Of a stretch of DNA of 64,000 nt, positions 13,162 through 24,468 are shown piece after piece (position 1 is the stretch's first letter; every line of letters begins with the position of its first letter). The notes under the pieces are model-generated. The model was given only the letters and a program-made list of their open reading frames with translations. It ran no database searches and had not been told where the DNA came from. Origin of the DNA: Tricharina praecox. Taxonomy: Eukaryota. Location of the stretch: positions 310,001 through 374,000 of the forward strand of contig NW_026250417.1 of the NCBI RefSeq assembly GCF_024521635.1, read 5' to 3'. Both the position numbers and the translations under genes were made by a program.

Positions 13162-15088
13162 GACGTCGTTCGATGTAAATCACCGGAGGAGACTTTTTTT
13201 TCTTTTTTTTCAAAGATACGGTACGAGCGTGCGTTTAAAGGTTGAGAGGAGAGCTATATGCTGCACAGAGCGCGATGCTGTGGTCTCGTTGCGTTCGTGT
13301 CGAGGGTGGGGGGGTAGGTGGGGGGTGTTTTTGGTGTTGGTGCTCTGGATGGCACGTCGTGGGAGGTATGGCGTCAATTGGGAGGGGGCAGGAAGCGAAC
13401 ACTGGTGGGGGGATTGGTATGGTAGGGCGGAGGGGGGGTTTAGATCTGAATATTTCTGGGAGAATGCCGAGACTATGAGGGGGATGGGGGAGGTGTGGAG
13501 GGGTTTTAAGATATATCTAGAGGGGCAGCGGGACAGCAAGGCCAAGGCTGGTGCGGCAGGTACTCTAGGTACTTATTCTGGAAAACAGCCTATGAGCGGA
13601 GGAGGAGGAGGATGAGTGGGAGATAGAGGCAGATACGGAGGACCGGGGTGTCGAGTAGATTCGAATCGGGATCTATCTAGAGGAGGAGGCGAGAGTTGAG
13701 GCGGCAGCAGTAGCAGCAGCAGTAGCAGCAGCAGAAGCAGCAGCAGTGGCAGCAGTGGTAGCCCGTCATATTGCATACGGGAGGCGATGGTAGCAGGAGC
13801 TCGACGGGAGATGGGGGAGGATCAATTACAATACAGGAAGGCAGGAAGGCCGAGGAGCGGAAGGCAGACAAGCTCCGAGTGGAGGGAAAGCGACAGGGAG
13901 AGAACGAGCGCAGCGCGGATCCATCCATCAGTCACTTTTTTTTCTTTTCGTTCTCGCTGGGCCAGTGCGTGCAGGGCCACGGGAATGCGAATGGGAATGG
14001 GATTCACGGTGGTGGCAGTGGTGGTGGTAGGTGGTGCAGGCAACATGTGCCGCTAATGGAAAACAAAAGCAAAAGCAAAAGCCAGAGCTCTGACGTAGCT
14101 TGCCTGTCAACGCAGCACGCAGAAACCCAGCCCATCACAGCCCTTCCCCGATAGCCGCAAACGGGCGGAACTTGTCGCCAACCACACACATCCACCCGTA
14201 CGTGCCACGGAGAGGAACATCCCAACGCGAGATACCGATAGAGTAGAGTACCGGTATTCACCCACCTACTTCCTACTTTCCTAGAGTAGAACTCCACTCA
14301 CTCACTCGATTTCCCCCTGCTGCCTGCTGGCTGCATCGTCTCGGGTCAAATCGAACGTGCACGCAGACGCATGGGCAATCCACACGTTCCGGTAGCCAGA
14401 TCAGAGTAGAGTGCCATACACACACACAGACAGACACGTCCCGCATGCGGCGACCCGCAAAGTACGTAGTTGCGGCCGCCCCACTGTAACCATCAAGTAC
14501 TCTACTTCGCCCTCCCCCCCCCCCCCTCCCCCCCTCCTTGCGCCTCTCACTCGTCCCGTTGCGAATCAGCCAACCATGGCTCGGACTTCTACTCCGTGCT
14601 ATCAACGATATCGGCCCCCAGAGTCACACGTAAGATGTGAGAAGACATCCCAGCAGGTTGCCGCCGCCGGCCACAATGTAAGGCTGCAGTGGGCGCTGAG
14701 GCTTGAGCGTTTTCTTTCTCCCGCTTTCGCCATCGCCTGCGCCTCTTTCCCTCCCTCCGCTCGCTCCGTCGCCTGCCTCCCTGCTTTTCATTCATTCGTT
14801 CATTCATCCTCTCTTTCTTTCATCCTCACCTCAATCCTCCCCTTCCACTCCTCCTGCATGAAAGGGACGGTCAGGATGACATCGTCCACGCAGTGCACGC
14901 ACGTCGCATGTGCTCAGTGCTAAATAAAAACAAAATTATAAAAAACCGCTAAATTCCAGAGGAAGCGACCGTCCAGGATCCTCGATGCTGTAACTGTCGG
15001 ATAGCGCCGTGGCATGTGTAGAACCATCTCGAAACGTCATCGTGTTATCCATTGAGTAATCCCTACGCTACCCGCCTTCCCGGGGTCC

Positions 15089-15120
<32 letters not shown>

Positions 15121-15367
15121 GGATGGGGGGCAAACATCTTGATTCCGTTTTCGAGCCGTTGTTGTTTCGAGTGGGTTGTGAACGGTAGGTATGTGAGTAC
15201 TGAGGACATACCTGGACCTGAAGCAGTGCGAGGAATGGGAGGGAATGGGAGGGAATGGGAGGGAAAGGGGGAATACTTCAGCCTCAGTTCGAAGGGGGGG
15301 AGTCCCTCGGGTGCAAACGGTCATCTCTTGGGTTTGGTGTTTCCGTACCGGTATCTGTCCCCGACTC

Positions 15368-15570
15368 CCTCACCTCACCTCACCTCACCTCACCTCACCT
15401 CACCTCACCTGAGTCACCTCGCCTCGCATGGGAATGGGACAACAGAAACGACATGGCAAGACAAGACAAGACAGGGCAAGACAAGACAAGACAGGGCAAG
15501 ACAGGACAAGACAGGACAAGACAGGACAAGACAGGACAAGACACGACAAGACAAGACAAGACAAGACAAG
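15368..15570. repeat. Adjacent pentanucleotide microsatellites (CCTCA)n and (GACAA/GACAG)n
   Basis: Direct reading: ~15368-15409 and ~15457-15570. Confidence 0.9.
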
Positions 15571-16390
15571 AACTGCAGTGCGCGCACGTCGAGACCAGGA
15601 TGGTATGTAGGATGGGATGGGACAGCAGGAAACCAGTTGCTGAAACTGCCGCGTACTCTACACAACTACATGGGCATACCGGTATGTACCGGTATTTGAA
15701 ACGCTCCCCGTCCCCCGATCGACGTATCGTCCACGTTGTTGGATACGTCCTACGGTGGATGTATTGTACATACCGGTAGGGCGAGCGAGCGAGCGGGTGA
15801 GCCAGCGATGACCGTGGTTGAGCTCTAGAGAGCAGCCCGACGGCGCTCGCTCTGTCTTAACCCTCGACTCTCGATTCTCGACTCTCTCTCCCCCCGGTGT
15901 TGGATCCGGTATTGTCTCCGGTATTGTATCCGGCAGCTGCACGCGCCCACACACCCACACGCAGAACTCTATTCCAACCGCACCTCTTGCCATCTCTTGC
16001 CAATGTTGCCAATGTTGCCACCTCCTGCCATCACTTGCTCTGTAGGCACCGATGATATGTGCGATCACGCCGAGTGACGACACAGCGCACCCCACCTACG
16101 TTTCAGAGAAGGCCGTGCTCCTGCACCCGTCGTAACCCGCTCCTTGGGAGTCGGGAGTCGGGCGCATTGTGATCTTCTTCCCTCTTTCGGAGCCCCAGCG
16201 GAGCACGGCGGAGCCAAGCGGGGCGGTCTAGAATTCCATGGCCAGGCCGACGGAGAACGTAGTTGTTCCACATGACCCCGCGGGCCATGGGCCACGAGCC
16301 ATCCCCGCAATGCACATCGACCAAAATGTGAGACCATTCGAAACCTGGACTATCCTCGACACCCAGTTACCGGTATTGAGTATCGACTGC

Positions 16391-16447
16391 CATTTCGCTG
16401 CGTTCTTCATCGATGCGAGAACCAAGAGATCCGTTGTTGAAAGTTTT
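16391..16447 (-). pseudogene. Truncated 5' fragment of 5.8S rRNA gene, with ITS1-like sequence adjoining to ~16515
   Basis: Minus strand reads AAAACTTTCAACAACGGATCTCTTGGTTCTCGCATCGATGAAGAACGCAGCGAAATG, the fungal 5.8S 5' end, then diverges abruptly. No 18S or 28S in the window. Confidence 0.92.
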
Positions 16448-19400
16448 AAACTTTTGTTATATAAACAGTTCAGACAGAAGACATGGAATGCAAGAGTTTG
16501 ATGTATATCTTCCGCACCGACACTCTGAAACCGTACTGAAGTACGGCACGAGGGGACCGAAGTCCACGCGGTACGGACAGATCTCGCAACTGGCTGCTGG
16601 CCATCGAAACCCAATGCCGTTTTTCCGACACCAGTTGAGCTCATGAGGTATGTATTGGCACACCTTAGCCAACCAACTAGGTAGCGGGAACCACCGGCCG
16701 TTGAACTGACAGCGGCCGGGTATGTATGTAGAGTATGAAGTATGTACATGTGGCTGATCGAGAGGTGGGGGAGGGGCGGAGAGAGTCTCGGATCTGTATC
16801 CCGAGGCATTCGTCGCCGTCATAATCCCCCATAATCACGTGACTTTCATTTCGTCTCTCCCCAGTGCTCACTGCCCCCACCGGAGAGCTCGACGTATGTA
16901 CCCCTACTGTATGTGGAGTGCTCTAGAGTACCAGCCCCTGGGGACTCCCGCATCCCGCCCCTCCGTGCCTTGCTGCTGGGGGGAACCTTGGAGGAATCTT
17001 GGAGGGCGCAAACCATGCCCCATCCCCCTCCGCCGCCTTGTCGGAATTCTTTCTTTCTTGGCTTTTGCGAAGGAATAAGGAAGGAGCACGACGGGAAGAT
17101 ACCGGAGTACGAGTCTGTAGATCTATCGCTTCGTCGCAGCAGCATCAGGAGTGGCGCAGGCGGTGCGGTGCTGTCTGCTGTCTGCGCGTCGTTGCACACA
17201 GGGGGAGATGCGTTGGTATGTATTGATCGCCGTCGTCGGTGATGGAGCTGACAGCATCGATGGCTCCCGATTCAAATCATCGGGTGGGACCGTCCTCCGA
17301 AGCGTCCCACGGGTAGTGTGTGCATCCACAGACGTAGAACATGAAACCACCATCAGAAAGCTAAACGCCCTCTCGATCCCCCAATGCCCACATTCCTCGT
17401 TCCGTGGCCGGGAGCTCGGTGCTTGAACTCCGAGGTCCGTGGCGGTGTAATTTGCCACAATACGGTATGGGCGCCACCCTTGAATGAATGAATGAGTGGG
17501 GACTCCGCTGGGGAAAACGTCAACAACGGGGCATAATTACATGCCACCGTGCAGTTTGCGCCTGCTACCTAAGTCCTAGGATATACTAATAGAGTATTGT
17601 GCCGCGTGGCTGGTTCCCGGAGGCGCGGCCCTTCCCTCCGCCACAAAGTCACGCCTGGGGCGGGAAGGTTCGGGCACATGCGCAATGCAATGCATGGGGT
17701 TTTCTTCCAAAATACAGATGGATGTCGGGCTTAGGGTTTGGGCTTGGGTTTGGGGGCTTGGACCATGACTACACCGATCACGGGAGGGACTTTTTCCGGG
17801 TGTGATAGGTAGGGTTTGGACGGGAGCGGAGACGGGAGGTAGCCTACGTACGTGGGACTCTGGGAGGTCTCGAGTCTATGGTAAAGGTTGAGATCGAACT
17901 AAAACCTCACAACCTAGATTTCAACGCCTCGGGCGTTTTCGTCTGCGTCGGGAACTTGGGCTTCGGGGACGCCGGGACTGCTTGCGAGAGGACAACTCGA
18001 CGGACTCTAGAAAACCAACGGCGGCTATCCAACAAAAAAAAAAGGCATGGTTGATTGTTGTGTAGAGTAGCGGCGGGAGATCGACAAGATAAGCGAGCCT
18101 CGAGGCCTTCCTTCCTGGCTTCTTTGCTATGTCATACTCTAGATACCTTGAAGCCTACCATAAAGCCTGCCTTGAAGCCTAACTTGAGCGGCCTGGATGT
18201 CAGGACTCGAAGCACTACAGAAGTCTCGCTAGTTGGGTTCCTACGATCGACAGGCTGTCAAAGCCTCGGAGCTTGGGGCTGTACATGGGAAGGAAAGACA
18301 GACAAGTACCGTACACGATGTCTGGAGGAAACCAGCCCACGACCGCCACGAACTCCGCATCCTTCCTTCCTTCCTTTCCTCCGGACAGCCGCCGTCGAGG
18401 CACAGTCGGCGATCCGAATCCAAAGTTGGAATGCACGCCACGCCACCCCGTGGACGCCCACTGCGGCAACTACGGTACACGCCATCCAGGCAGCCATTCC
18501 CACCCCTCCACCCATTGATCGTGCACTTTTGTCCCATGTTGCACTCGAAGCTTCTACATTTGACAGTGGCCACGCGGCACCGGTCAAGACTCAAGGCGTG
18601 GACCTGTCACCTCAGTATAACCTCAGTACCAGCATACCGCGGGTAACAGCAGGCAGGTGCAGAACGAACCATCATCTATGGCTGGATGAGTAGTGAACTT
18701 CTCTGTTCGCTTTCCGGCGTTTGCAACGTGGAGATTCTGATTCTTGGGCTGAAAGTTCGGTCCGGAGATCTTAGGGCTGGGTGGGCTCTGTTCGTGTGTA
18801 CCGTCTTCGGCGCCTGGGATAGGTAGGTAGGCCTGGAGCTACATAACGCCGACACGGGAATGGGACGTCTGGTGTTTTGTTTGAGTGCTCTGTGCTGTCT
18901 TGGGGAAACAGGGCGAGTAGCACCAAAGTATGTTACATGTACGCAAGCATAGGAAAGGGTGTTTGATGTTTTGTGTTTAGTGTTTAGGTGCGGATCCTAA
19001 GGCGAATTTTACCTTCCCTTCACGAATGGCACCGAGTCAGAGGTTAACTTTCCTTCGTGAATGGCACCGGATCCCAAGGCGGTACCCGCCCACTCCCACT
19101 CCAACGCATCCGTGAGCTGTCCTTTTGTGTCTCCGATGGCAAATCAACAGACCTGCGATGCCTTCCAAAGTCTTCGTTCGTATTGCATTGTACAAACTCT
19201 GGTAGCCACCATAGCGTGAGTTGAGCTGAGATCACCATGCACCCCGCAGCAGGGATGGGCGCACTCGCTTGTTGCGCCCATCTCAACGTCATCCCTGGCA
19301 TGACATCACCTATCACCTTCCAGGTAGTTAGGTGGCTCCTGCTACCGCCCACCCGCCAGCCAGCCATGCCACCATCGTCGCGAATTACCTTGTGCTCGAC

Positions 19401-19607
19401 TGTCGACTCGTCATAGGGGGGGAGGCTTCCTTAGTCGAGGATTCGTTCACAATTACTATGCATACCTACTTCCCGGGTGGTGGATGTCGATGTATGTACA
19501 ATACCTACCATACTATACTTCTGCACCTACCTATTCGTCGACGACGCTGAATCATAATCTTCCGGAAAGAAAGTAAAGGCAAACAAACAAACAAACGACA
19601 ACCGAGA

Positions 19608-22539
19608 ATGTTGAGTGCGATCGCGGAGACTCTAACGGGCGTGGGCGTGGGAATAGGTGCGGCGGACAGAGCTGCTGAGGGTGGAACTCATACGACTACG
19701 GATACGGCTACGACTGCGGCAAACGATGGCCCTGAAGATAGGTCGGCGACCCCAAGACCGCTGCGTAGAGCGGAAGGTACAGATGAAGCGACACAGACGT
19801 GTGAAGCGTGCACTTGCAGCGCCGCCGCCGGCGTCGTTGACGACAGAGGCCGATCCAGCACCGGGGTTTCAGCAAAGCCTCGCAAGTCTTCCGCCGGTAA
19901 GATCCCACTCCTACTCAAAGAACGAATCTGACCCGCTCCCAGAAGCCCACTACCTCCACCGCGAAGAACTGCGAAACCTCCCCGGCTACCCAATCTCCGG
20001 CCTGGTCAACCCCGAGTCCGCAGGCGCAACGGCCGCACTCCTCGCGTACGCCTCGGCGAAGCCCGTAGCGATATGGCATCCGAACCCGAACTCCACAGCC
20101 GGAGCCGCGGCATCGCTCGCGCACGCGAACCGGGAGTCCGGTGGCTCGCGGCCTTCTCCCAAGGCCGAGCCCGTCACCTCCGACGGGTCGACGCCGAACT
20201 GGCCGCTGCGCGGGGCACTGGGGGCGATCCGGGGCGGGCGGCGACGAGCCGAATCCTCGCCCGCTGTGTGCAGCGGTATCGGCGGGGATGTGCTCGGCGC
20301 CGCGACTGTTGCGCATACCCATGCTGCAACGGGAAGACGCCGCGACTCCGGGTTCGGAACGACGTCCGACGGCGAGATCACCGCTGCGGAAAAACTCAAG
20401 GCCGATATCCGCAACGCCGCGGTGCTATCCATGGCTAATGAGCGGCTGAAGCGCGAGGAGCTGGCGGATACGCCGCCGCCGCTGCCGCCGTCCAGCAGTC
20501 GCCCCGTGCGCCGAGCGCCATACCCCAATCTTGAGGAAGCGGCGCGGCGCCAGGCGGAGCAGCGGCTCGCAAACATCGGCTACGTTCCTCGGACTCCCGG
20601 CCGGAGCGCATCCCTCAGCTCGGCCAGTAGAGTGATGGTGCGAGACCGCGACCGGAACCGGAATCGGAATCAAGTTCCGGTTTCGGATCAGGATGTCGAG
20701 CGCGCGGAAAAACAGAAGCGCGGTCACGATGCGTTGCTGCTCATGACCGCTGCAAAGAAGAATGTGCAGGCGCGTCTGTCACTGCAGGACCGGCAGATCG
20801 CGGAACGGAAGGGGATCGTGTGCAGCGATGAGTGGGCTTCGCGGGCGACGGAGATCGCGCAGCGCAGATTGGAGCAGCCGAGGCGGCCGCCTGGACAGGT
20901 GGATATCGGAGGAGGCGCGTATATGGACAAGGAGGAGCTGGAGAGGATTGCGGAGAGGAATGTTCGCCCCGTCATCGAGGATTTAAATGAAAGGGCCGGT
21001 GAACATCGCCAGTTGAAGCAGGAGAAGAAGGAGGCGAAGGCGCAGGATAGAGCGAGGAAGATGAGTCGGGTCAAAGACACGAAGATCTTTGGCGGTGGTA
21101 AACACCGGCATGGCGATGAAAATACCATTTCAGAAGGTACAATTAGATTCTTCGAGGTTGCGCATAACACTCTATTGACGCAACTTGTAGTTAGAAGGAC
21201 GGATACCACCCACCGTGCGTCATTGGAGCACAGCCAGAGAGGAGACACGACAGTCATACCAGACCGTACAGTAGGAGCGCTTCCCATGCCTCCAGTCCCC
21301 GAGAAAATATCTACATTCAACAAGGTCCGTGCTCGGATCCTTCGCAAGACTCGCGGCGGCAAACCAACAAACACGGCCAGTTCGGACTCTGAATATGCCC
21401 GCCCGTTCTTAGCACCTGCATCAAATGTCGCAGCTACCGACAACCGTCGGGATCTCACCACAGCTGGTATAAACCAGACCGCAGATCGTACAAGCATCAT
21501 CACCGTCGATTCGGAACCTGACCGGCCACTGACAGCACCAGCGGCGGTGTCTCAGTCCGCAAAACCACTAGGGACTCCGGTAACCGCCCCAAACCGCGAG
21601 TACATATCCGCCTTCCCAACCGCCACAACCGCCTCCGCCATACCGGCACCAGAAACCGAGGAGGAACGGCGTCCAGCGACACCTCCCCAGAGTCCCCGTA
21701 CCGTGAAAGAGCCCGCCAACGAATCATGGGTTGCACGTTTGTTTAGCAAACGTAGCAGTGCGAATCCGAACCCGGAGCCGGCAACTGAGCCACTCGAGCC
21801 CAATGTTCCGAGCCCAGAGCCAGTCCCAGCCCCGAAACATACGCAGGGGCACAAACATCGCGCCAGCATCGGGAGCGTCTTTTTTGATCGCATCCGTCCA
21901 AGTAGGGGCGCAGAGCACGCTGAACGGCCAGTACTGGAAGAGAGGGAGACGGAGGGATTCGTTGTCGACCGCAGTAATGCCACGGGTCCTACTCAGGTAC
22001 CGGCTGCGACGGCGACTACAATGGCTACGGCAGATGTTCCAAACCGTACCGAAACGATGGAGACAGCAATCGCCCCAACTCCCACAGTAACGATGGAGAC
22101 AGCAACAACTACCCCGACTCATACAGCAACGCCGGAGACAGCAACCGCCCCAACTCGTACCACGACAGAGACAGCAATGATTTCGGACGACGACGCCGAC
22201 TCGCACGAAGTCTACGCGGACGCGCCCACCACGCCCGCCGCCTCGATGCATTCCGAGATCATCGCGCAGACCGTCACTGATACGATCATCACAAAGGAAA
22301 CGGTCGCGGTACCTATCGGCTCAAACGCCGACATGGAGGCGCCGGCAACGCCAGTGTTCAAGTCAACGACGATGGAAACTTCGTCGTCCGTTAGGGACGC
22401 TGAGGGGAATACGCTAAGTGAGGTTAGGAATACTCCTGTGGTCCTGAATGTAGAGAATTCGAGGGAGATGAGGGGGATTTGGGAGGTGGAGGGTGAGGCC
22501 AGTGGGATGAGGGAGAGTCGGTTTCGCGAGGAGCTGTGA
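19608..22539 (+). CDS. Eisosome assembly protein (Eis1-like) with long disordered Thr/Pro-rich tail
   Basis: ATG 19608; intron 19897-19942 joins the two ORF frames; probable in-frame intron 21137-21190. Motifs AAKKNVQARL and QVDIGGGAYMDKEELERIAERNVRPVIEDLNERA. Confidence 0.7.
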
Positions 22540-22965
22540 GCTCGGGCGTGTAAATGAGAGCTATCGGATGATTCCTGTGTGATTACGTGTGGATGTGTTT
22601 ATATTTTGATTGTGTTGTTGTCTCGTGCTTTGATGAACAATGTACAAAATGTAGTAATATAGAGTCAATATAAAAGCAGTAATATAGAGTCAATAAGATT
22701 TCAATCTTTGGGTAACAGGAGCCCGGTGAGGCCATCACATACTCTCACCCGTCCCAGCCCCACTGCGGCTCAGCTAGCCAACCAGGTCTTGGCGGTAACT
22801 ATCTCATCCCGCAACACCTCGACCTCAAGCTTCAACTCTTCATCCCACGCACTGCCTCCGCCATCACGCTCCATCCCGTCCTCGTCTCATACGTCCCAGA
22901 GCATCACCACTGATACCCTCTCGAGCTCCTCCGGCATCTCCAAGTACAACAGAGCATATTTCTAG

Positions 22966-23915
22966 ATGGTGAGCTGTGCCGGCAGCACCCCCGGGCTCTC
23001 AGCGGCCTCACCCAAGCAGCAGCAGCAGCATGAGCTAACTACAATCCCATCTCTAGTCGGATCCCTTCAGCATAAACGGCGGAGCCGTCGTCGCGATGTA
23101 CGTCCTCCTCCTCTCGTCCTAACCGTCGCCATTCATTCATTGGGTGTTGAATTGCGGAAGCTAATGGATGGATGCACAACAAACAGGGTCGGCAAGGACT
23201 GTGTCGTGATCGGTTGCGATCTCCGCCTCGGAATGCAGGCCCTCACCGTCTCAAATAACTTCCCCAAGATCTTTTCATACGGCGACGCATACCTAGGGCT
23301 GACAGGCCTCGGCACCGACGTGACGACAATGTCCGCAGTCCCCCTCCTCCCCTCCTCTCCCCCGCCGTATCCCCCACCATACTAACGCCCCACGCACGCC
23401 CTTAGGTCCGAGCTCATGCGCTACAAAGTGAACCTGTACCGCCTGCGCGAGGAGCGCTCAATCGAGCCCGAGACGATGGCGAACCTCGTCTCATCAACGC
23501 TATACGAGCACCGGTTCGGGCCGTACTTCCTATCGCCGGTGATCGGGGGGATCAACCACCGCACGGGCAAGCCGTTCATCTGCGGCTTCGACTCGATCGG
23601 CTGCATCGACTTCGCCAAGGACTTTATCGTGAGCGGCACCGCCAGCGACCAGCTCTACGGTACCTGCGAGAGTCTGTGGGAGCCCAATCTTGACCCCGAG
23701 GACCTCTTCGAGACTTGCTCCCAGGCGCTCCTGAACGCCGTCGATAGAGATGCCCTCTCCGGTTGGGGCGCGCATGTCTACATCATCACGAAGGATAAGG
23801 TCGTCAAGCGGCTGCTGAAGGGTACGGAGCTTCCCATCCTCCTCCCCATCTCCCCCACCTTCGTGCCGGGAATGAAGCTGACTTGTGGTCGTGGTGTATA
23901 GGAAGACAAGACTAG
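22966..23915 (+). CDS. PUP3: 20S proteasome subunit beta-3
   Basis: Spliced product M-SDPFSINGGAVVAM-VGKDCVVIGCDLRLGMQ..NLYRLREER..QALLNAVDRDALSGWGAHVYII..GRQD*; four GT-AG introns. Confidence 0.95.
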
Positions 23916-24468
23916 AGCAGCGGAACGGGCAAGGGCAAGGCAGGCACATCCGGCAACTACGCACCCACCACTACATACTACTACTTATGACGAGATGATT
24001 GTTGGCTTGCTGGCTGGGTGGAAGATGGAAGACGGAGACAGTGTGTTGTATGTGCTTCTGATCTGCTTTTGTCAAAACCAAACGAACGAAACAAACTACG
24101 AGTGCTACCTGTGATGACTTTATTTGATCTGCTGTTCGATTCATTCACCTCTCTAGCTTTAACATACACGTGCCCTTCCCTTTCTCTCTACTCCCCCACC
24201 ACCAGTACCACCAGTACCACCTCCTCCCCAGCCCACTGATGCGCAAACACATAAGGAGATATAGTAGCGTAGGTAGTGTAGCGTAGGTAGTATAGTGTAG
24301 TGTAGTAGTGTATCGCGATGTATTTGCCATCTGCCATCTAAGAAAGAAAAAAAAACCATCACAATGAAAAATACACAGAAAGAATCGAAACAAACAAAAA
24401 ACAACTCTTCTAACCACCTTCCCCCCCACACACCAAACTCGTACAAGCGACTCTACCCTCTACTCGAT

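Noticed and set aside
13380..13525. Several AGGGG (STRE-like) motifs upstream of TPS3
   Set aside because: G-runs are abundant in this purine-rich leader, so enrichment cannot be shown by eye.
15052..15779. ORFs with QDKTR and SPHLT repeats
   Set aside because: Translations of microsatellites.
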